Source: Aquisalinus sp.
Lineage (GTDB): Bacteria; Pseudomonadota; Alphaproteobacteria; Caulobacterales; Parvularculaceae
Direction of reading: 5' to 3'
NCBI GenBank assembly: GCA_022763115.1
Contig: JALEGJ010000047.1
Location: forward strand, 17,979 to 81,978
DNA: 64,000 nucleotides
Made by a program: the position numbers and the translations under genes
The notes under the pieces: generated by a model
Database searches by the model: none
What the model was told of the DNA's origin: nothing
The model's input: the letters and a program-made list of their open reading frames with translations, nothing else
Shown here: piece by piece, positions 30,347-39,380 of the stretch
Numbering within the stretch: the stretch's first letter is position 1
How the letters are laid out: every line of letters begins with the position of its first letter

Positions 30347-31022
30347 GACACCCGAAGATATCCGCGCAAATCTTCATACTGTCAAAAACCGAATTTCAAA
30401 AGCTGCAACTGAGGCGGATCGTCAGGGGGGAAGCATTTCATTGATTGCTGTCAGTAAAAAGTTTTCTGCTGATCATATCAGGCCTGCCTTATTGGCGGGA
30501 CATCGTATGTTCGGAGAAAACAGGGTTCAGGAAGCGGCGTCAAAATGGCCGGCGCTGAGAGAGGATTTTGACGGGATCGAGCTGCACCTTATTGGCCCTC
30601 TGCAGACTAACAAGGCGGAAGAGGCGGTTGCGAATTTTGATATTATTCAGAGCGTTGACCGACCTAAACTAGCCGCAAAGCTGGCCACAGCCATGGATAA
30701 GCTGGGCAAGCGACCTGACTGCCTTGTTCAGGTAAATACAGGCGAAGAGGAACAGAAAGCGGGAATATCTCCGCATGCTGTCGAGGACTTCGTCACACAG
30801 TGCCGTGAAGAGTTTGGATTGTCTGTCACTGGTCTGATGTGTATTCCCCCGGCAAGTGACTACCCGGCGCCTCATTTTGCTCTTCTGCACAAGTTTGCCA
30901 ATGATTTGTCTTTACCGGTCATCAGTATGGGTATGAGTGCTGATTACGAGATGGCATGTCAGTTAGGCGCAACCCATGTTCGTGTCGGCTCGGCAATCTT
31001 CGGGCAACGGCCGCTTGCTTGA
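30345..31022 (+). CDS. yggS: YggS family pyridoxal-phosphate homeostasis protein
   Basis: LIAVSKKF (PLP lysine), FGENRVQE and HLIGPLQTNK. The start is trimmed to the ATG at 30345. Confidence 0.9.
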   Translation: MTPEDIRANLHTVKNRISKAATEADRQGGSISLIAVSKKFSADHIRPALLAGHRMFGENRVQEAASKWPALREDFDGIELHLIGPLQTNKAEEAVANFDIIQSVDRPKLAAKLATAMDKLGKRPDCLVQVNTGEEEQKAGISPHAVEDFVTQCREEFGLSVTGLMCIPPASDYPAPHFALLHKFANDLSLPVISMGMSADYEMACQLGATHVRVGSAIFGQRPLA

Positions 31023-31024
31023 GC

Positions 31025-31546
31025 TCAGGATACTGCCAGGGCAGTTTCGACTGAACTGTTCGTGCCGCACACTGCAAGAATGTGCCGCATATCCTTTTCG
31101 TTCACCGCAATACAGCCTTCCGTAGGAGCATAGTTTGGGCGCGCAAGGTGAAAGAAAATCGCACTGCCCTTGCCTGCTATTGCAGGCGCAAGGTTCCAGT
31201 CCAGAACGACACAGATATTGTAGATATCGTCATCACGCCACATCTTTTCGTGACTGGCCGCAAATGGCAGGTTGACTGCACTATTATAAAGAGGGCTCTC
31301 CGGGTCATCACACCAACCGTCATTCGGGCTAATCGCTTTGACCGGCAGTCTGGTTTGGGGGGCGGAAACTTTGTCTGCCCTATAATAAACTTCCATCAGA
31401 GCCATGCGCGCCAGAGGCGTGCCCCCATCGCCTTCGACCTTTCCAGCTACAATTCCGGCAGAGCCCAGAGCGCAGCGAAATGTCTTATTTCCGCACTGGA
31501 GTGTTCCTTTGTGCTCACGAAATTTTGCCCCTACCCTCAACTCCAT
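31025..31546 (-). CDS. L,D-transpeptidase catalytic-domain protein (YkuD-like)
   Basis: Catalytic context FFHLARPNYAPTEGCIAV (His...Cys). Confidence 0.8.
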   Translation of the reverse strand: MELRVGAKFREHKGTLQCGNKTFRCALGSAGIVAGKVEGDGGTPLARMALMEVYYRADKVSAPQTRLPVKAISPNDGWCDDPESPLYNSAVNLPFAASHEKMWRDDDIYNICVVLDWNLAPAIAGKGSAIFFHLARPNYAPTEGCIAVNEKDMRHILAVCGTNSSVETALAVS

Positions 31547-31631
31547 GTGACCACCTGTTAGAGAAAATCAGTTTTCTGCAAGATAACGCAAGCTATATTG
31601 CCGCAACAGAATTAAGAACGAGGAAAATGAA

Positions 31632-32327
31632 ATGGCGCGCGCTAAACGTATATTGCTTGTCGATGATGATGAGCTGTTGACCGAAACATTGTCGGATCAG
31701 TTCGATGTGCATGACGAGTTTCGCCTTGAGACAGCAGGCACCGCTGCAGAAGCAATCGATAAGGTCAAACAGGAAGCGCATATTGATCTTGTCCTGCTCG
31801 ATGTTGGGTTACCGGATATGGATGGCCGGGAGGCGTGTCGCCTGATGCGTAAGAATGGCTTCAAATCGCCGGTTATTATGCTGACGGGGGCCGACACAGA
31901 AGCCGACACAATCCTTGGGCTGGATGCGGGCGCAAATGATTATGTGACAAAACCTTTCAAATTCGCTGTATTGCTCGCCCGCTTGCGGGCGCATCTGCGT
32001 AGTCACGAACAAAGTGAGGATGCTGTCTTCAAGGTGGGGCCGTATGAATTTAAGCCGGCTGTAAAAATGCTGGTTACGGATGATGATCGGAAGATCAAGC
32101 TGACTGAGAAAGAGACCTCTATTCTGAAGTTTCTTTACCGGGCTGGTGGTCAGCCCGTATCTCGGGATGTGTTGCTGGATGAGGTATGGGGGTACAATTC
32201 CGGCGTAACAACGCACACGTTGGAGACACATATCTACCGCTTGCGTCAGAAGATTGAGCCGGATACGTCACAGGCAACGCTCCTGCTTACTGAAAGTGGT
32301 GGGTACAGGCTGGCAATAGATAAGTAA
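31632..32327 (+). CDS. OmpR/PhoB-family response regulator (CenR-like, tentative)
   Basis: Receiver domain (LLVDDD...LLDVGLPDMDG...KPF) followed by a winged-helix domain (LTEKETSILKFL...GYRL). Confidence 0.9.
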   Translation: MARAKRILLVDDDELLTETLSDQFDVHDEFRLETAGTAAEAIDKVKQEAHIDLVLLDVGLPDMDGREACRLMRKNGFKSPVIMLTGADTEADTILGLDAGANDYVTKPFKFAVLLARLRAHLRSHEQSEDAVFKVGPYEFKPAVKMLVTDDDRKIKLTEKETSILKFLYRAGGQPVSRDVLLDEVWGYNSGVTTHTLETHIYRLRQKIEPDTSQATLLLTESGGYRLAIDK

Positions 32328-32331
32328 TCCC

Positions 32332-32667
32332 ATGGAAATCTGGCATAATCCGCGTTGTTCAAAGTCCCGTCAGACTCTGGCTATTTTGCAGGAGAAGTCT
32401 GTAGATTTTGAGGTGATAGAGTATCTCAAGAGTCCTCCGACACAGAAGCGTTTGCGCGAAGTGGCAAAAAAGCTGGATGTTCAGCCCAGAGATATGATGC
32501 GTAAAAATGAAGCTCTTTATAAAGAGCTTCATCTGGCAGAATCTGACGATGCGGATCTGATAAAGGCAATGGCAGAAAATCCGGTTTTGATTGAACGCCC
32601 TATCGTCATCAACAATGATCAGGCCATTATCGGGCGTCCACCCGAGAATGTACTGCAGCTTCTTTGA
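32332..32667 (+). CDS. arsC: ArsC-family arsenate reductase, glutaredoxin type (YfgD-like)
   Basis: IWHNPRCSKSRQTL holds the catalytic Cys. The Arg triad contexts MMRKNE, IERPIV and IGRPPE are present. Confidence 0.85.
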   Translation: MEIWHNPRCSKSRQTLAILQEKSVDFEVIEYLKSPPTQKRLREVAKKLDVQPRDMMRKNEALYKELHLAESDDADLIKAMAENPVLIERPIVINNDQAIIGRPPENVLQLL

Positions 32668-32756
32668 AACAGGTCAGTGCATCACATTGCTGATAAGTCT
32701 GATTGACTCCGGCTTCGCTTCGGTCTGATCCTTCTCTCTAAATGAGGAGGATACAC

Positions 32757-33173
32757 ATGGCAGATTCCATTCTAAATCCGGTACTGGCGCTAATATGCTG
32801 GTCTCTTTTGATCTGGTTGTTGATGTACATTCGTCGCCTGCCAGCCATGCAGAAAGCAGGTCTTGATCCTCAGGAGGCGCAATTTCCCGGCTCTTTGAAT
32901 GTACTGCCCCCTGCTGCAAGGGCGGCAGCAGATAATTACAATCACCTTATGGAACAGCCTACCATATTTTATGCGCTCGCCTTTTATATTCATTTATCGG
33001 GCGGGGCTGATCTGCTCGCGATTAGTGTGGCCTGGGGCTATGTCGTTCTGCGTGTGCTGCATTCTCTGGTTCAGGTCAGCATCAATCTGGTGATTGTCCG
33101 GTTTGCATTTTTCGCCCTTTCAACTCTGTGCCTTTTTGCTCTCGCGGTGAAAAGCCTTCTCAGCCTTTGGTGA
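32757..33173 (+). CDS. MAPEG family membrane protein
   Basis: About 138 aa, 4 TM, MAPEG-like by recall. The start at 32757 is placed 6 nt after AGGAGG. Confidence 0.6.
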   Translation: MADSILNPVLALICWSLLIWLLMYIRRLPAMQKAGLDPQEAQFPGSLNVLPPAARAAADNYNHLMEQPTIFYALAFYIHLSGGADLLAISVAWGYVVLRVLHSLVQVSINLVIVRFAFFALSTLCLFALAVKSLLSLW

Positions 33174-33174
33174 T

Positions 33175-33196
33175 TTCGCAACCGAAAGGGTGCGAA
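33175..33196 (+). terminator. Hairpin with GAAA loop after the MAPEG gene
   Basis: TTCGCAACC-GAAA-GGGTGCGAA with one mismatch and no clear T-tract. Confidence 0.3.
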
Positions 33197-33257
33197 TTAA
33201 GCTGACAGGCTCCTAAATTTATGGTACTTTGTTTTTCAAAGCAAACAGGAGGAAGGC

Positions 33258-33638
33258 ATGAACTGGGATTGGACTGGAAGTTCCTATTTTATCGTATTCG
33301 GCTTCGTCATCGCGATCATTCTGATTAACGCTATCACCAGTATCATCAAAAATGCGCAACAACAGCAAACAATTCGAGAAATGCTCAAAAGTGGTCAGCC
33401 TCTGGACGAGAAAATGATCGAGGCACTGGGTATAGAGCGAGAGGACCGCGGTGGGTCAGTGACTGGTGGTTTCGTTCTGGTTGCGGTGGCTGTTGCGCTA
33501 ATCTTGCTCGGGTATTTTGGTGGGCATGTTTCGGGAGAGCCCAATGCCATGCTCGCCATGATTGGTGTGGCGGCCTTCCCGGGCTTGATCGGTATTGTTC
33601 TGATCATCAGTGGCTTGCTCAACAGACCAAAGCAATAA
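33258..33638 (+). CDS. Hypothetical 3-TM membrane protein
   Basis: AGGAGGAAGG Shine-Dalgarno and three hydrophobic helices. No family recognised. Confidence 0.6.
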   Translation: MNWDWTGSSYFIVFGFVIAIILINAITSIIKNAQQQQTIREMLKSGQPLDEKMIEALGIEREDRGGSVTGGFVLVAVAVALILLGYFGGHVSGEPNAMLAMIGVAAFPGLIGIVLIISGLLNRPKQ

Positions 33639-33669
33639 ACCGGTTGCTAACCTCGCACTTTGCTTATGC

Positions 33670-33697
33670 CTTGCCAACTTCCCGGGAAGCGGGCAAG
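33670..33697. promoter_or_regulatory. Inverted repeat immediately upstream of arsR (CTTGCC..CTTCCCGGGAAG..GGCAAG)
   Basis: Perfect 12-bp palindrome at 33678-33689, nested in 6-bp outer arms. It ends 9 nt before the arsR ATG and may be an operator or an RNA hairpin. Confidence 0.4.
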
Positions 33698-33706
33698 ACA
33701 TAGAGT

Positions 33707-34078
33707 ATGACTGATACAGAAGTTTCTGCGAAAAAAATTGTGACCCGTTTGTCGGCGTTGGCACAGGACACAAGATTGCGGGTATTCCGCCTTCTTATAG
33801 AGGCTGGGCCTGAGGGCATCCCCGCGACTGCCATTGCAGAGGCTCTGGATGTGCGTCGCAATCTTATGTCAACGCATTTGAATATTCTTGCCTCTGCTGG
33901 CTTGACGACAACACGCCGCGATGGTCGACGCATTTATCATGCGGTGGATATGGCGGCGGCAAGGGATCTGATCAGTTTCTTGGTCAAGGATTGCTGTAAC
34001 GGCCACCCGGAGATCTGTCAGGAACTAGCCGGCGTAGATATGCCCATTAGAGAATGTTGTGAAGACGCAACGCTCTGA
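33707..34078 (+). CDS. arsR: ArsR/SmtB-family metalloregulator with a C-terminal Cys96-Cys97-x5-Cys103 triad
   Basis: HTH LSALAQDTRLRVFRLL...LMSTHLNILASAGL. The C-terminus KDCCNGHPEIC has the same spacing as the As(III) site of Acidithiobacillus ferrooxidans ArsR (Cys95/96/102). There is an extra CC at 117-118. Confidence 0.85.
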   Translation: MTDTEVSAKKIVTRLSALAQDTRLRVFRLLIEAGPEGIPATAIAEALDVRRNLMSTHLNILASAGLTTTRRDGRRIYHAVDMAAARDLISFLVKDCCNGHPEICQELAGVDMPIRECCEDATL

Positions 34079-34203
34079 TAATAATCCACCTCAAATGATC
34101 TACTGGGCCGCATTAACAAGGCCTCATTGTTAACCTTTATCCTTGGCGTCAGGCGCGCTTCGCGCTACTCTGTCAATCATGTGCGTGACTGTGGGGACCA
34201 GAA

Positions 34204-34614
34204 ATGACAAAAATTGAAGCTATTTTTGGGGGCGTATTGCTTCTCGCAATCGTTGCAGCGGCTTCCTTTGCGGTCTTTCAGAATGGCCTTCCATCCATCG
34301 GTACCTCAGCGGCCACTCTACTGGAAGCTGATGGTGAGGCAAACCCTGCTGTTTTCACGGGCGCCTATCGTGATGACATGTGCACATGTTATGAGAGCGG
34401 GTATGAATACGGCGCACAGCATGGCAATAAACTGGAAAGCGCTGACTACAGCATAGACAATTCAGTTCATTACAAAGCTGGTTTTACAGCGTGTCGGACG
34501 GCTGTCGGGTTTGAAGGCAGCACGGCCTGGTCGGAAGGATGGCGAAAAGGGGAAGATGGTGTCAGAACGCAGCGTCGTTGCAACTTTTACCTGAAAAGCC
34601 TTAATATACGATGA
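34204..34614 (+). CDS. Hypothetical membrane-anchored or exported protein with 4 Cys
   Basis: N-terminal TM IFGGVLLLAIVAAASFAVF and a soluble domain with CTC, C and C residues. No family recognised. Confidence 0.5.
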   Translation: MTKIEAIFGGVLLLAIVAAASFAVFQNGLPSIGTSAATLLEADGEANPAVFTGAYRDDMCTCYESGYEYGAQHGNKLESADYSIDNSVHYKAGFTACRTAVGFEGSTAWSEGWRKGEDGVRTQRRCNFYLKSLNIR

Positions 34615-34690
34615 TCGTTTCGCCTTCGTAATAATAATTCCAACTAAATCCTTCTTTGATTTTGTGTTGCATGAATCTTTGCGCAGCTAA

Positions 34691-35791
34691 TCACGCCTTT
34701 GGCCCTTTTTTGCCGCCGCCATAACGTTTGCCATCAGGGTCGTCATCCAGCGGCCACCGTGCACGCGGTGGCATCTGCAGGGCCTCGGCCTGATCCGGGA
34801 TGCCAACAGTTTCGATCCGTTTGGCGCCTGCAAGCGCTATCATTGCGCCGTTATCAGTGCAGTACTTTGCGGGTGGGACCACCAATTGCCATCCTTTATC
34901 GCTAACAGCATTTTCCAGGGTCGATCTTATCAAACTGTTAGCAGCCACACCGCCAGCTATAACCAGTGTCGTAACCCCTGCCGCCTCGATTATCTTCATC
35001 GCTTTCAGTGTTTTCGCACAGAGATGCCGTGCAACTGCCAGCTGAAATGAGGCCGTAAGGTCTGCTTTGTCTTGCGGGCTAAGTGGTGCGGCATTTTCAG
35101 CCGCCAGACGAACAGCCGTTTTGAGGCCGGAAAAAGAAAAATCGCAATCATCACGTTTCAGAAGGGGGCGTGGGAAGCGGTACTTCTGTGCATCGCCGCC
35201 AGTAGCAGTTTGCTCCACCTTGGGTCCGCCTGGTTGACCCAGGCCAAGTAGCTTTGCTGTCTTGTCAAATGCCTCCCCTGCCGCATCATCAATTGTCGTC
35301 CCAAGGCGATGATAATTGCCAACACCTTTAACGAGGAGCAACTGCGTATGACCACCCGAAACAAGCAACAGCAGGTATGGAAAGGTAATGTTGTCGGTCA
35401 GTAGGGCTGAAAGAGCGTGTCCTTCCAGGTGATTGACCGGAATGAAAGGAATATCGTGCGAGAGGGCCAAAGCCTTCGCGCTCATCATCCCGACCATAAC
35501 CCCTCCAATAAGGCCCGGTCCGGAAGTCGCTGCAACACCGTCAAGCCGGTTAGGATCGTCGATGCCGGCCTCCGTCAGCGCCCTTTCGGTTATCTGGTCG
35601 GTACGCTCGACATGGGCTCTCGCGGCAAGTTCGGGGACAACGCCGCCATATCCTTCATGCTCTGTTGCTTGTGTATATATAACATTAGAACATATTTCGA
35701 CTTTACCATCAGGCAGCACGCGCACGACCGCGGCCGCCGTTTCGTCGCAGCTGGTTTCGATGCCCAGGACAGTGATTGGATTGTCTGACAA
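34691..35791 (-). CDS. tsaD: tRNA N6-adenosine threonylcarbamoyltransferase TsaD
   Basis: VLGIETSCDETAAAVV, HLEGH and GGVAAN motifs. Confidence 0.96.
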   Translation of the reverse strand: MSDNPITVLGIETSCDETAAAVVRVLPDGKVEICSNVIYTQATEHEGYGGVVPELAARAHVERTDQITERALTEAGIDDPNRLDGVAATSGPGLIGGVMVGMMSAKALALSHDIPFIPVNHLEGHALSALLTDNITFPYLLLLVSGGHTQLLLVKGVGNYHRLGTTIDDAAGEAFDKTAKLLGLGQPGGPKVEQTATGGDAQKYRFPRPLLKRDDCDFSFSGLKTAVRLAAENAAPLSPQDKADLTASFQLAVARHLCAKTLKAMKIIEAAGVTTLVIAGGVAANSLIRSTLENAVSDKGWQLVVPPAKYCTDNGAMIALAGAKRIETVGIPDQAEALQMPPRARWPLDDDPDGKRYGGGKKGPKA

Positions 35792-35906
35792 AGTCTTCGA
35801 GATACCTTTTTTTCACACAGTAAAAGCGCTAAAAGATTGAATTGCCTTAGGCAATAGTGTCACACGCTGGCAAGTTAGTTTGTTTATGAAACGCCGGGCC
35901 ATCTGA

Positions 35907-36884
35907 ATGTCAGCTCCAATATCTCTTAGACTGGCTTCACGAAAGTCTCCTCTGGCAGTACGCCAGGCTGTCTTGATGCGCTCCAGGCTGGCACGCCATC
36001 TTGGTGTTTCAGAGACTGATTACAATGATCGTTTGGCTATCAAAACATATGTGACGCAAGGTGATAAGCGTCTTGCAGGGTCACTTGCGGCAATCGGGGG
36101 TAAGGGGCTTTTCACCAAGGAAATCGAGCACTCCCTTCTGAATGGTGAGGCAGATATTGCCGTGCATTCGATGAAGGACATGCCAGCAGAAATGCCGGAA
36201 GGCCTCGTAACGGTTGCGGTGCCAGCCAGGGAAGATCCCCGGGATGCCTTTATTTCTGATCTGGCGAAGACCCCTTGGGAGCTGCCGGACAATGCTGTTT
36301 TTGGAACTTCTTCAGTGCGTCGCGCTGCCCAGTTATTGCATCGGCGCCCGGATCTGAAAATTGTCCCTCTGCGCGGTAATGTTGATCGTCGCCTGCAGAA
36401 GTTGGGCGAAGGTCAGGCAGATGCAACGCTTTTGGCCGAAGCCGGTTTGAGGCGTCTTGATAAGGTAGATGTCACAAGGACTGTTTTGGAACCGGATGAA
36501 ATGCTCCCTGCTGTTGGCCAGGGTGTCTTGTGTGTGCAAATGCGTGAAAATGATGAGCGACTGGAACTGGTGCGGGAAGCACTGTCATGCGCACAGACCA
36601 GCCTTATCAGCAGTGCCGAGCGAGCTTTTCTGCTGCGTTTGGACGGATCATGCCAGACGCCTATCGCGGGAATAGCGAGATTAAGTAATAATACCCTCAG
36701 TTTCACGGCTCAGTTGCTGACCCTGGATGGCAGTCAGGAGTTGACCATGACGGAAAGCACCACACTTGCGCAGGGCAGTGAGGAGGTGCAACTGGCTGCA
36801 GCAAGTGAATTCGGCATTGCGCTGGCTGAAAGAATATTTGAGGCAGCTCCCAAGGCGATACAGGATATCGTCAGGGCGGCATGA
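35907..36884 (+). CDS. hemC: Hydroxymethylbilane synthase (porphobilinogen deaminase)
   Basis: RLASRKSPLAVRQA, GGKGLFTKEIE, HSMKDMP and the cofactor Cys context LDGSCQTPIAG. Confidence 0.96.
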   Translation: MSAPISLRLASRKSPLAVRQAVLMRSRLARHLGVSETDYNDRLAIKTYVTQGDKRLAGSLAAIGGKGLFTKEIEHSLLNGEADIAVHSMKDMPAEMPEGLVTVAVPAREDPRDAFISDLAKTPWELPDNAVFGTSSVRRAAQLLHRRPDLKIVPLRGNVDRRLQKLGEGQADATLLAEAGLRRLDKVDVTRTVLEPDEMLPAVGQGVLCVQMRENDERLELVREALSCAQTSLISSAERAFLLRLDGSCQTPIAGIARLSNNTLSFTAQLLTLDGSQELTMTESTTLAQGSEEVQLAAASEFGIALAERIFEAAPKAIQDIVRAA

Positions 36885-37591
36885 AAGTTCTTGTTACGCG
36901 CCCGGAACCCGATGCGCTAAGGTTCTCCAATCTACTTCAAGAAAACGGTATGACCGCAGTTCTTGCACCGATGATGCACGTCTGCTTTCCCAAAGTAGCC
37001 ATACCTGACTTGTCAGATGATACATATTTGGTTTTCACATCCGCCAACGGTGTCAGAGCTTTCACACAAAATACAAAGAAGCGGGTATGGCCAGTTTTTG
37101 CGGTCGGTATGGCGACGGCAAGAGAGGCCCGCAAGGCCGGTTTTTATCAGCTCGAAGCAGCAGGGGGCTCAGTACAATCACTGGCTGAGCTTATTGAGCA
37201 AAAGGCAACTGCACAGGCCCAGCTAATGCACATCGCGGGGAGCCATGTTGCCGGGGACTTGGCAGGCCTTCTGAAAGAGAGAGGGTTCGTTTATCAAAGG
37301 GCCGTTTTTTACAAGGCGGTGGCCTCAGACAGACTACCAAATAAAGCACTAGAGCTTCTGCGAACCGGGCGTATCAGTGCGGCAACTTTTTTCTCTCCGA
37401 GAACAGCTAAAATTTTTTTGTCTCTGGTCGCCAAGCACAAGTTGACCGAGGTGCTGCAAAATGTCCGGATAGTTGTTGTTAGTCCGGCTGTCGCGGCCGT
37501 ATTTCCGCCAGAGTTATCAAGCCAAGTTGCGGTCGCCAAAGAGCCTGACCAACATGCTGTGATTGACATTCTGAAATCTGCCCGCACATAA
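36881..37591 (+). CDS. hemD: Uroporphyrinogen-III synthase
   Basis: MKVLVTRPEPDA start, HemD length, and ATGA overlap with hemC. Confidence 0.85.
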   Translation: MKVLVTRPEPDALRFSNLLQENGMTAVLAPMMHVCFPKVAIPDLSDDTYLVFTSANGVRAFTQNTKKRVWPVFAVGMATAREARKAGFYQLEAAGGSVQSLAELIEQKATAQAQLMHIAGSHVAGDLAGLLKERGFVYQRAVFYKAVASDRLPNKALELLRTGRISAATFFSPRTAKIFLSLVAKHKLTEVLQNVRIVVVSPAVAAVFPPELSSQVAVAKEPDQHAVIDILKSART

Positions 37592-37640
37592 GCAGCGCAA
37601 GTGTATTCAGTTACCCTGACCCATTTCAAAGAGAGTTTCG

Positions 37641-39341
37641 ATGAGCAATTCCGATACCCCAAAGAGAGACGAAGATAACAACTCGGATAACAAGCCTGAG
37701 GAGGTAGAAGCTGAGATCGTTGAGGCCGACGAGGCAAAAAGTGATGACGATGTAACACGTCTTGAAGCCGAAACGGTTACTGAGGAAACTGATACTCAAG
37801 GGGCAAATGAGGCTTCGTCTGACGATGACGACAAGGCACCACAAAGTTTTGCCACAACAGGCGTGATCATGCTTGGTGTGATGGCGCTCGCGCTGATAGT
37901 CTTTTTCCTCACTCAGGGCGGAGAGGATAGTTCGGGAAGTCAGGTGGCGGCGACCGGGCAATCAGAAGAGTTATTGTCCACACCAGTTCCTGAGCAAGAA
38001 ACAGCTGTAGCGGATATGGCTGCTGCAGATGAACCCGGCAACGATGTCCTTGAGGATGAAGCCGATATTGCAGCGATAGCGGAAGAGGTTAAGGCTGAAG
38101 TTTCCGGTATAGTTACTGACATGGCAGTCAAGGTAGAGGATACGGCCACAGATTTGGTTGAGCAGGCTGGTGACACTCTTGAGTCTACAGTTGAGGCTGT
38201 AGAGGATTTAGCCGAAGATACGGTTGAGGCCGTTAATGATACGGCTGCTGAGATAACTGCAGATGGTGTTGTTGCTCTTGAAAGTGTCTCTGAAAATGTT
38301 GAGGTTGCAGAGGATAATCGTCAGGCTGCAATTGAGCGAAACCGTGCAAGACGTGAGGCGCGAGCAGCACGTAATCAGGATGAGAGCGCCAGCGAACCTG
38401 AAGCCACCTCTCCGGATGAACCGGCATCAGCAACAGAGCAAACGGCACAACGACGCCAGGGTAACAACTCGGAAACGGATAGTGCGGCTGGCAGTGAAGT
38501 TGTTTCCGGCGAAGAAGCCACAACCGAGACTGTGGCCTCTGCCGATGAAAACAAGATCGGCAACAACATTGTAGAAGAGGTAAAAGCGCAAGCTGTAGAA
38601 AATGAAACGGTCGTTTCGGAGGCGCAACTTGCTGATAAACTGGAATCAATAAGAGAAGATGTTTTGGCTGAAACACAGGCAGCCATGGCAGCGGACAAAC
38701 AGCGGATCGCGGAGCAGGATGACGAAATTGATCGACTCCGTCAGGAAATGGATGAAGCGCTGGCCGAGCAAGAGCGGCGTGCGCAACAGCTGGAAGCGCG
38801 TCTTGATACTTTACAGACAAGAGATGTTGCTACCGCGACAAAACAGGCAGCACTCTCAATAGCTGTTACAAACCTGCAACGGCAAATTGGTTCAGGTCGG
38901 CCATTTGCCGAGCAACTGAATGTGCTTGAGCAGCTTGCACCGGCAACACCGGGCCTGCGTGAGCTGGCCCCCTATGCTGAGGAAGGCCTGCCAACTCTCA
39001 CAGGTCTGCGACTGCGCTTTGCTGATGATGCACGCAAAGCACTTGCAGCAGCTAACCGGGAAGCGGCAAGTGGCTTCTGGGGAGAAATTGGAGCGCGTTT
39101 CTCCGGCCTCTTTTCAGTACGAAAAACAGGGCTCGTATCAGGTGACTCTCCTTCTGCTATCATCTCAAGGGCAGAAGTCAGCCTGGATGACGGCGATGTC
39201 GCAGGTGCGCTGCGGGAACTCGATGCGCTTCAAGGCGAAGCGGCAGACACAATGGCTGGCTGGATGGAAGAGGCACGCTCCCTCGTGTCGGCCGACACGC
39301 TGCTTGATGAGGTTAGTAATCGCGTCCTGGAAACATTATAG
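37641..39341 (+). CDS. Mitofilin/Mic60-like membrane protein (the 'HemX' position of alphaproteobacteria)
   Basis: Acidic N-terminus, one TM (GVIMLGVMALALIVFFL), a long D/E/A/T/V-rich low-complexity region and a coiled coil (QRIAEQDDEIDRLRQEMDEALAEQERRAQQLE). The conserved C-terminal domain is mitofilin-like. Located between hemD and hemY-like. Confidence 0.8.
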   Translation: MSNSDTPKRDEDNNSDNKPEEVEAEIVEADEAKSDDDVTRLEAETVTEETDTQGANEASSDDDDKAPQSFATTGVIMLGVMALALIVFFLTQGGEDSSGSQVAATGQSEELLSTPVPEQETAVADMAAADEPGNDVLEDEADIAAIAEEVKAEVSGIVTDMAVKVEDTATDLVEQAGDTLESTVEAVEDLAEDTVEAVNDTAAEITADGVVALESVSENVEVAEDNRQAAIERNRARREARAARNQDESASEPEATSPDEPASATEQTAQRRQGNNSETDSAAGSEVVSGEEATTETVASADENKIGNNIVEEVKAQAVENETVVSEAQLADKLESIREDVLAETQAAMAADKQRIAEQDDEIDRLRQEMDEALAEQERRAQQLEARLDTLQTRDVATATKQAALSIAVTNLQRQIGSGRPFAEQLNVLEQLAPATPGLRELAPYAEEGLPTLTGLRLRFADDARKALAAANREAASGFWGEIGARFSGLFSVRKTGLVSGDSPSAIISRAEVSLDDGDVAGALRELDALQGEAADTMAGWMEEARSLVSADTLLDEVSNRVLETL

Positions 39342-39380
39342 TTTGCCTGATGGAAGCTCTTCGCAAGCGTTAGAGGTCGC

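Noticed and set aside
37900-38700. Repetitive acidic-coding DNA in the Mic60-like gene, and the PE repeats near 40720-40770, as possible tandem-repeat or CRISPR-like elements.
   Set aside because: The repeats are imperfect, in frame, and code for low-complexity protein. There is no repeat-spacer periodicity.
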